In this document: in pieces, positions 6,875 to 13,125 of the stretch
Layout: every line of letters starts with the position of its first letter
Numbering within the stretch: the first letter of the stretch is position 1
Assembly (NCBI GenBank): GCA_036351155.1
Contig: JAZBOO010000302.1
Location: 1-13,125, forward strand
DNA length: 13,125 bases
Origin: Candidatus Krumholzibacteriia bacterium
Lineage (GTDB): Bacteria > Krumholzibacteriota > Krumholzibacteriia > LZORAL124-64-63
Reading direction: 5' to 3'
Notes under the pieces: model-generated
What the model was told of the DNA's origin: nothing
What the model saw: the letters and a program-made list of their open reading frames with translations, nothing else
The model's database searches: none
Program-made: the position numbers and the translations under genes

Positions 6875-7573
6875 TTGACCGAAACACCACCCATCAGCAC
6901 CCAGGACCGCCTGCTGGACGCCGCCGAGGAGCTGTTTGCCACCAAGGGCTTCAGCGAGGTGTCCATTCGCGAACTGGCGGCCGCGGCCGACGTCAACGTG
7001 GCCGCGGTCAACTACCATTTCCAGGGCAAGGACAACCTGCTGCAAGAGGTGATCCTGCGCCGCTTCGTCCAGCAACGGGAAGCCACGCTGAATGCCCTCG
7101 AAAAGGTGGTCACCGAGGCCGGAGACAGGCCCAGCCTGGAACAGGTCATCGACACCCTGGTGCGCACCTACCTCACCGGCACTCTGGGCACCCGGAAGAA
7201 GGTCACCTTCCTGTCCATGATCGCCGAGGAAATGACCGGCCATCACGCCCAGGCCCACGATGTGTTCTTCAAGGAGATGATCGCCCCGGTGTTCGCGGCC
7301 TTTTCCCGGGCCCTGACAGCCGCTCACCCCCGGTTGACTGCCGAGGATTTGACCTGGGTCATCGCCAGTATCGTCGGCCAGATCCACCACTTCATCGTGC
7401 GCTGGAAAAAGGCCCGGTCCTTCGAGGAGGACAGCGAAGCGCTGCGGACCATGCTGCGTGTTTTCCCGCCGGTGGGACTGACAGTTGAGCAATACATCGA
7501 AGCGGCCACCGATCACATTTCACGTTTTTCCAGCGCTGCCATCCTGGCGCTGTATCCGGAGGACCAACAATGA
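6875..7573 (+). CDS. TetR/AcrR family transcriptional regulator (about 232 aa, CecR/PsrA-like)
   Basis: HTH RLLDAAEELFATKGFSEVSIRELAAAADVNVAAVNYHFQGKDNL. Start placed at TTG 6875 because of GGAG at 6864-6867. The ORF-track start at 6845 lies inside the operator array. Confidence 0.93.
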   Translation: MTETPPISTQDRLLDAAEELFATKGFSEVSIRELAAAADVNVAAVNYHFQGKDNLLQEVILRRFVQQREATLNALEKVVTEAGDRPSLEQVIDTLVRTYLTGTLGTRKKVTFLSMIAEEMTGHHAQAHDVFFKEMIAPVFAAFSRALTAAHPRLTAEDLTWVIASIVGQIHHFIVRWKKARSFEEDSEALRTMLRVFPPVGLTVEQYIEAATDHISRFSSAAILALYPEDQQ

Positions 7574-9030
7574 CCATGCGGTTGGCGGGGCTATTCCTCG
7601 CCCTTCTCGTGCTGGGCGGATGCGCGGCAGGGCCCGACTATGCGCGGCCTGAACTGGAAGCGGACCTGCCTCAGCAGTGGATCAGCCCCACCCTGGCCGA
7701 AACCTTGCCGGCCCCGGGCGAGGGCGACCACTGGCGCTGGTGGCAAGCCTTCGGCGACACCACTCTCGATGGTCTGGTGGAATCGGCCCTGGCCCACAAC
7801 AACGATCTGGCCGCTGCTGCGGGAAGAGTTCTCGAAGCCCGCGCCCTGGCCGGGGGGGCCGAGTCGGCCCGGTGGCCCGCCATCGAAGTGGGTGGCTCCG
7901 CCTCGCGCAGCAAGATCAGCAGCACCCAGACCTTCGGCCTGCTGAATCCTTACCGCGATGCGTTTTCCGCCAGTGCCACCCTGCGTTACGAGGTGGATCT
8001 GTGGGGCCGCCTGTCCCGTGGCAAGGAAGCCGCCACGGCCACCCTCCTGGCCAGTGAACAAGACCGCCGCACCGTGGCCCAGGCTGTCATCGCCGGGGTG
8101 GTCCGCTCCTGGTTGCAGATCCAGGAACTGGAACTCCAGGTGGCCCTGAACCAGCGCACCGTGGCCAATTTCCAGAAGAACCAGGAATTTGTCCGCAGCC
8201 GTTACGAGCGCGGTCTGGTCACCTCGCTGGACGTGCACCTGGCCTCCCAGAACCTGGCCGCCGCCCAGGCGCAAGGACCCGCCCTCAAGCAGAATCTGGC
8301 TGTGGCCAGGCGTCAGCTGGAAATCCTGGTGGGCCGCTATCCCGCCGGGACCATCGTCTCCACCGAGAATCTCCCGGCCGCCCTGCCCAGGCCGCTGCCG
8401 GCGGTGCCGGCGGGCCTCCCATCTCAGCTGCTCGAGCGTCGCCCCGACCTGGGTGCTGCGGAAATGCGCCTGCGCGCCTCGGTGGCCCGCATCGGGGAGG
8501 CCAAGGCCGCCCTGTATCCCCGCATCAGCTTGACCGGCAGTGCCGGGTCCTCATCGGCCGAGCTTTCCGATCTCTTCACCGAGCCCACCAGCATCTGGTC
8601 TCTGGCCGGTAACCTGGTCATGCCCCTGATCAACCGTGGGGCCACCAAGGCCCAGATCAAGGCCGCCGAAGCCCGCGCTCAGCAAGCCGTGGCCGGTTAT
8701 CAAACCGCCGTCCTGCAGGCCTTCGCCGAGGTGGAAAACGCCCTGGACCAGGACTTTCACCAGAGCGCCCAGGAGGAGTTCCTGAAGGACTCGGTGTTGC
8801 AGGCCCGCCGGGCCGTGGCCCGGGCCGAGGAGCGCTACGGCCAGGGTCTGGACAATATCCTGGTGACCCTGGAAACCCAGCGCCGCCTGTACACAGCCGA
8901 ATCGAATTACCTGACCACCCAGCGTTTACACCGCACCGCCCGGGTCAACCTGATCCAGGCCCTGGGCGGCCCCTGGGAAGCCAGCGAAAATCCGCATACC
9001 GCCAAGAACACACAAGGAGCCGACCAGTGA
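7570..9030 (+). CDS. Efflux outer membrane factor lipoprotein (NodT/OprM/TolC family, 486 aa)
   Basis: Lipobox LGGC (Cys18) followed by AAGPDYARP. Motifs WWQAFGDTTLDGLV, YEVDLWGRL, GLPSQLLERRPDL, AFAEVENAL, LIQALGG. ATGA overlap with the TetR stop. Confidence 0.95.
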   Translation: MTMRLAGLFLALLVLGGCAAGPDYARPELEADLPQQWISPTLAETLPAPGEGDHWRWWQAFGDTTLDGLVESALAHNNDLAAAAGRVLEARALAGGAESARWPAIEVGGSASRSKISSTQTFGLLNPYRDAFSASATLRYEVDLWGRLSRGKEAATATLLASEQDRRTVAQAVIAGVVRSWLQIQELELQVALNQRTVANFQKNQEFVRSRYERGLVTSLDVHLASQNLAAAQAQGPALKQNLAVARRQLEILVGRYPAGTIVSTENLPAALPRPLPAVPAGLPSQLLERRPDLGAAEMRLRASVARIGEAKAALYPRISLTGSAGSSSAELSDLFTEPTSIWSLAGNLVMPLINRGATKAQIKAAEARAQQAVAGYQTAVLQAFAEVENALDQDFHQSAQEEFLKDSVLQARRAVARAEERYGQGLDNILVTLETQRRLYTAESNYLTTQRLHRTARVNLIQALGGPWEASENPHTAKNTQGADQ

Positions 9031-10196
9031 TGCAGTCCAAGGCTTTCAAGATCCTGTTGCCCATCGCGCTCGTGATTGTCGCGGTGGTCATCGCCGTGGT
9101 CATGATCAAGAACAAACCTCACGCCGAGCGCCGCACTCCCCCCACCCCGCGCCCCCGCGTCACCGTGGCGGCCGTGGAGCACGAGGACACGTCCGTTAGC
9201 ATCCGCGGCTTCGGTTCGGTCCGGGCCAAGCGTTCGGTCATGCTGGTGCCCCAGGTCAGCGGTCAGGTGTCGGCCAAGCACCCGGCCTTCGAGCCCGGCG
9301 GATACTTCACCACCGGTCAGATCCTGTTGCAGATCGAAACCACCGACTACCAGCTGGCCCTGGCCCAGGCCCAGGCCAGTCAGGCCCAGGCCGAGATGAA
9401 CCTGGCCATGGCCCAGGAAGAGGCCCGCTCCGCACGCCAGGAGTGGGAGGAGATCGGCCAGCCCGGCACCACCCCCAGCTCTCTGGTCCTGCGCCAGCCA
9501 CAGCTCAAGCTGGCCGAGGCCACCCTGGCTTCGGCTCAGGCCGCCGTGCGTCAGGCCCAGGTCAACCTGGACCGCTGCACCCTCACCGCCCCCTTCGATG
9601 GGCGGGTGCTCGATGCAGCGGCCGATGTGGGGCAGTACCTGCGGGCCGGCAACTCCATCGGCACCATCTACGCCACCGATATGGCCGAAATCAGCGTGCC
9701 GGTGCCCGACGAGGACCTGGCCTGGATCAGGCTGGATGCCGATCAACCCGTCCCGGTCGTCATCACTGCCGAGTTCGCCGGCCAGCAGCACACCTGGGCC
9801 GGGCGCGCCGTCCGGCTGGGTGGAGCCATCGATGCCCGCAGCCGCCTGGTGCCGGTCATCGTGGAAGTGGACAGCCCCTACGAAAAATCCGGCGATCGCC
9901 CGCCCCTGGCCGAGGGGATGTTCGTCGAGGCCATCTTCCAGGGACAGCCCGACCCCGGAGCCGTGGTCATTCCCCGGTCGGCCCTGCGGCCGGGCAACGT
10001 GGTCTGGGCCGTCGACGGCAACAGCCAGGTCCGCATCATCCCGGTGACCGTGGCCCGGGCCGGCGTCCACAAGGCCGTCATTTCCCGGGGCCTGGAAGAG
10101 GGCATGGAGCTGATCACCAGCAACCTGCAGTTTGCCACTCCGGAAATGGTGGTGCAGATCGAAGGCCGCCCAGCCGCCAAAAAGGGCGGTGAATGA
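9027..10196 (+). CDS. RND efflux periplasmic adaptor (membrane fusion protein, 389 aa)
   Basis: N-terminal TM anchor, lipoyl-like halves PQVSGQV and LTAPFDGRV flanking an Ala/Gln coiled coil, VIPRSAL. AAGGAG RBS at 9014-9019. Start is GTG 9027 or ATG 9030. Confidence 0.94.
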   Translation: MMQSKAFKILLPIALVIVAVVIAVVMIKNKPHAERRTPPTPRPRVTVAAVEHEDTSVSIRGFGSVRAKRSVMLVPQVSGQVSAKHPAFEPGGYFTTGQILLQIETTDYQLALAQAQASQAQAEMNLAMAQEEARSARQEWEEIGQPGTTPSSLVLRQPQLKLAEATLASAQAAVRQAQVNLDRCTLTAPFDGRVLDAAADVGQYLRAGNSIGTIYATDMAEISVPVPDEDLAWIRLDADQPVPVVITAEFAGQQHTWAGRAVRLGGAIDARSRLVPVIVEVDSPYEKSGDRPPLAEGMFVEAIFQGQPDPGAVVIPRSALRPGNVVWAVDGNSQVRIIPVTVARAGVHKAVISRGLEEGMELITSNLQFATPEMVVQIEGRPAAKKGGE

Positions 10197-13125
10197 TGAA
10201 CGCCCTGATTCGCTACTTCGCCACCAACCACGTGGCGGCTAACCTGCTGATGGCCGCCATTGCCGTGGCCGGTCTGATGAGCGCCCTTTCGATCAAGCAG
10301 GAAGTGTTTCCCGAGATGGAGATGGACATCATCACCATCCAGGTGCCCTACCTGGGCGCCACCCCCGCGGAGGTGGAAGAGGCCGTCTGCGTACGGGTCG
10401 AGGAAGCCATCCAGGGAGTGGACGGCATCAAGAAGCTCACCTCCATGGCCGCCGAGGGCATGGGCACGGTCACCGTCGAGTTCAACCGGGGCGTGGACAT
10501 TCGCAAGGCCCTGGACGACATCAAGGCCGAGGTCGACCGCATCATCACCTTCCCGGAGGAAACCGAGAAGCCCATCGTCAGCCGCGTGGAGCGCAAGCAC
10601 CAGGTGATCGATGTGTTTCTGTACGGCGACGTGCAGGAGCGCACCCTGAAGATCATGGCCGATCAGGTGCGGGACGATCTGCTCGCGCTCGACGAGATCA
10701 CCTACGCCAGCAGCATGGGCACGCGTCCTTACGAGATTTCCATCGAGGTGAGCGAGCGCGACCTGCAGGCTTACGGGTTGACGCTAAGCCAGGTCACTCA
10801 GGCCGTCCGGGCCAACAGCCTGGACCTGCCCGGCGGCAGCGTGAAAACCGACGTGGGTGAGATCCTCGTGCGCACCAAGGGGCAACGTTACACCGGTGAG
10901 GAGTTCGGGCAGATCGTGGTCATCTCGGCTCCCGACGGCACCGCGGTGACCCTGGATCGCATCGCCACCATCCGCGACGGCTTCGAGGACGTGGATGTGG
11001 CCGGCTTCCTGGACGGCAAGCGCTCGGCGCAGGTTTCGGTGTACCGCACCGGCGACCAGGGCGTGCTGGTGGTGACCGATGCGGTGAAGGAGTATGTGGC
11101 CGCCGCCAGGGACCGGATGCCCGCCGGGGTGGAAATTTCCACCTGGCACGACCGCTCCATCATCTACAAGAGCCGCATGGACCTGCTGCTGAAGAACGGA
11201 GCCATCGGTCTGATCCTGGTGTTCATGTGCCTGGCCGTCAGCCTCGAGTTCCGGCTGGCCCTGTGGGTCAGCGTGGGACTGGCCATCAGTTTCCTGGGCG
11301 CTTTCTGGGCCATCCCCTTCTTCGGGGTGTCGCTGAACATGATCTCCATGTTCGCGTTCATCGTCTCGCTGGGTCTGGTGGTCGATGACGCCATCGTGGT
11401 GGGCGAGAACATCTATGCCCACCGGGAGATGGGCCGCAAGCCCCTGCGCGCCGCCATCCTGGGCGCTCAGGAGGTGGGTGGCCCGGTCACCTTCGCCATC
11501 CTGACCACCGTGGTGGCCTTCCTGCCCCTGGCCTTCGTCGAGGGCATGATGGGCAAGTTCATGTTCAACATCCCGGTGGTGGTCATCGCCATCCTGGTTT
11601 TTTCCCTGGTGGAATCGCTGCTCATTCTCCCCGCTCACCTGTCCACCCTCAAGACCATCGGGGCGGCCGATCCCCATCGAGCCAAGAGGGCCCTGAACAA
11701 TCCTTACTCGCGGTTCAAGATCTGGTTCGAAGGATTTGCCGAGAGGTTCATCGCCAACTGGTACCGTCCGAGCCTGGAATTCGCCCTGAAGACCCGGGGT
11801 CTGGTCATTGCCGTGGCCATCAGCACGCTGGTGGTCACGCTGTCCATCTTCATCGGCGGACACATCAAGTTCACCTTCATGCCCCGGGTGGACGCGGACA
11901 ATCTGCTGGCAACCCTGACCCTGCCCCAGGGTACCACCGTGGCCGATGCCCAGAGGGCCGTGGACCAGCTGGAAAAATCCCTGGAAAAACTGGAAGAGGA
12001 GTACAACGGCAAGCGACCGGCAGGGGCCGAATCGGTGATCGTGCACGTGTCGACCACCATCGGATCCCAGCCCCGCGCCAGCGAGCGCAACACCGGCGCC
12101 ACGGCCGGTGGTGCTCACCTGGTCGAGGTGAACGCCGAGATGCTGCCGGCCGAAATCCGTAACATTCCCAGCCCCGACATGGCCAAGCGCTGGCGCGAGC
12201 TCTGCGGGCCCATCACCGGCGCGGTGAGCCTCAGCTTCTCGGCCGACCTGTTCATGGGCGGCAAGCCCATCTTCGTGCAGCTGGCATCCACGGACAACGA
12301 AGAGCTGGTCGAGGCCGGCCGCCGCCTCAAGGAGGAGCTGGCCGCCTACCCCGGGGTGACCGACATCTCCGACAGCTTCCGCGAGGGCAAGGTCGAGGTG
12401 AAGCTGAACCTGAAGCCCGAGGCCCGCACGCTGGGCCTGACCCTGGCCGACCTGGCCCGCCAGGTGCGCGCCGGATTCTACGGCGACGAGGCCATGCGCA
12501 TTCAACGCGGGCGAGACGAGGTCAAGGTGATGGTCCGCTACCCCGACGATGAGCGGCGCAGCCTGGGCCACATCGAGAACATGCGCGTGCGCACCCCCGC
12601 CGGCGACATGGTGCCCTTCAGCCGGGTGGCCCAGGTGGACATCGGGCGGGGATTCGCCACCATCGAGCGGGCCGATCGTCAGCGCATCGTCAACGTGACC
12701 GGTGACATCGAGCAGGACGTGGCCAACGCCGCCGAGGTCAACGCCGACATCCAGACCAGCATCATGCCGCGTCTGATGGAGGACTTCCCCGGCCTGCGCT
12801 ACAGCATGGAAGGCCAGGAACAGGAGCGGGCCGAGTCCATGGCCAGTCTCAAGTCAGGCTTCATGCTGGCGTTGTTGATGATCTTCGTGCTGCTGGCCGT
12901 ACTGTTCAAGAGCTACATGCAGCCCGCCATCGTCATGACGGCCATTCCCTTCGGGCTGGTGGGTGCCATCTGGGGTCATATCGTGATGGGCATCGACCTG
13001 ACGCTCATCTCCATGTTCGGTGTGGTGGCCCTGACGGGCGTGGTGGTGAATGACTCGCTCATCATGATCGACTTCATCAACCGCGGCCGCCGGGAAGGCG
13101 CCGATCTGAAAACCGCCGTCATCGA
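10193..13125 (+). CDS. RND efflux permease (AcrB/AcrD/AcrF family), 3' end truncated (at least 977 aa)
   Basis: Manual translation begins MMNALIRYFATNHVAANLLM...KQEVFPE...YLGATPAEVEE. TM4 SLGLVVDDAIVVGENI (Asp pair at 11384-11389) and, in the same frame, AIPFGLVG and TGVVVNDSLIMIDFIN near the window end. ATGA overlap with the adaptor stop. Start may be 10196. Confidence 0.95.
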   Translation, partial: MMNALIRYFATNHVAANLLMAAIAVAGLMSALSIKQEVFPEMEMDIITIQVPYLGATPAEVEEAVCVRVEEAIQGVDGIKKLTSMAAEGMGTVTVEFNRGVDIRKALDDIKAEVDRIITFPEETEKPIVSRVERKHQVIDVFLYGDVQERTLKIMADQVRDDLLALDEITYASSMGTRPYEISIEVSERDLQAYGLTLSQVTQAVRANSLDLPGGSVKTDVGEILVRTKGQRYTGEEFGQIVVISAPDGTAVTLDRIATIRDGFEDVDVAGFLDGKRSAQVSVYRTGDQGVLVVTDAVKEYVAAARDRMPAGVEISTWHDRSIIYKSRMDLLLKNGAIGLILVFMCLAVSLEFRLALWVSVGLAISFLGAFWAIPFFGVSLNMISMFAFIVSLGLVVDDAIVVGENIYAHREMGRKPLRAAILGAQEVGGPVTFAILTTVVAFLPLAFVEGMMGKFMFNIPVVVIAILVFSLVESLLILPAHLSTLKTIGAADPHRAKRALNNPYSRFKIWFEGFAERFIANWYRPSLEFALKTRGLVIAVAISTLVVTLSIFIGGHIKFTFMPRVDADNLLATLTLPQGTTVADAQRAVDQLEKSLEKLEEEYNGKRPAGAESVIVHVSTTIGSQPRASERNTGATAGGAHLVEVNAEMLPAEIRNIPSPDMAKRWRELCGPITGAVSLSFSADLFMGGKPIFVQLASTDNEELVEAGRRLKEELAAYPGVTDISDSFREGKVEVKLNLKPEARTLGLTLADLARQVRAGFYGDEAMRIQRGRDEVKVMVRYPDDERRSLGHIENMRVRTPAGDMVPFSRVAQVDIGRGFATIERADRQRIVNVTGDIEQDVANAAEVNADIQTSIMPRLMEDFPGLRYSMEGQEQERAESMASLKSGFMLALLMIFVLLAVLFKSYMQPAIVMTAIPFGLVGAIWGHIVMGIDLTLISMFGVVALTGVVVNDSLIMIDFINRGRREGADLKTAVI

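Noticed and set aside
9355..9420. Repeated GGCCCAGG units as a tandem repeat or CRISPR-like array
   Set aside because: They encode the Ala-Gln coiled coil of the adaptor protein and have no repeat-spacer structure.
8907..12571. Minus-strand ORFs of 387, 240 and 595 aa and short alternative-frame ORFs
   Set aside because: They overlap the well-supported adaptor and RND permease genes and show no family motifs.

Overview
GC-rich bacterial chromosomal window with no mobile element, CRISPR array, tRNA or rRNA detected by eye. In order: a truncated minus-strand lipoprotein gene (1-769, missing from the ORF track); a divergent 124-aa protein resembling a stand-alone, degenerate cNMP-binding domain; gpmI; a ~230-nt highly structured leader behind a consensus extended -10 promoter; a 641-aa secreted protein with about four OB-fold-like repeats, an Ig-like domain and a FlgD-Ig/T9SS-type C-terminal tail; a secreted inhibitory-type serpin; and a coupled TetR / outer-membrane factor / adaptor / RND permease efflux operon running off the right edge (permease also missing from the ORF track). 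The PNPFNPST tail and the C-DDDD lipoprotein suggest an FCB-superphylum organism (inference). No clearly novel multi-gene system can be proven from sequence alone. The best leads are the structured leader plus the OB-fold secreted protein lacking a recognisable catalytic domain, the degenerate cNMP protein, and a triple 13-bp operator array before the TetR gene.
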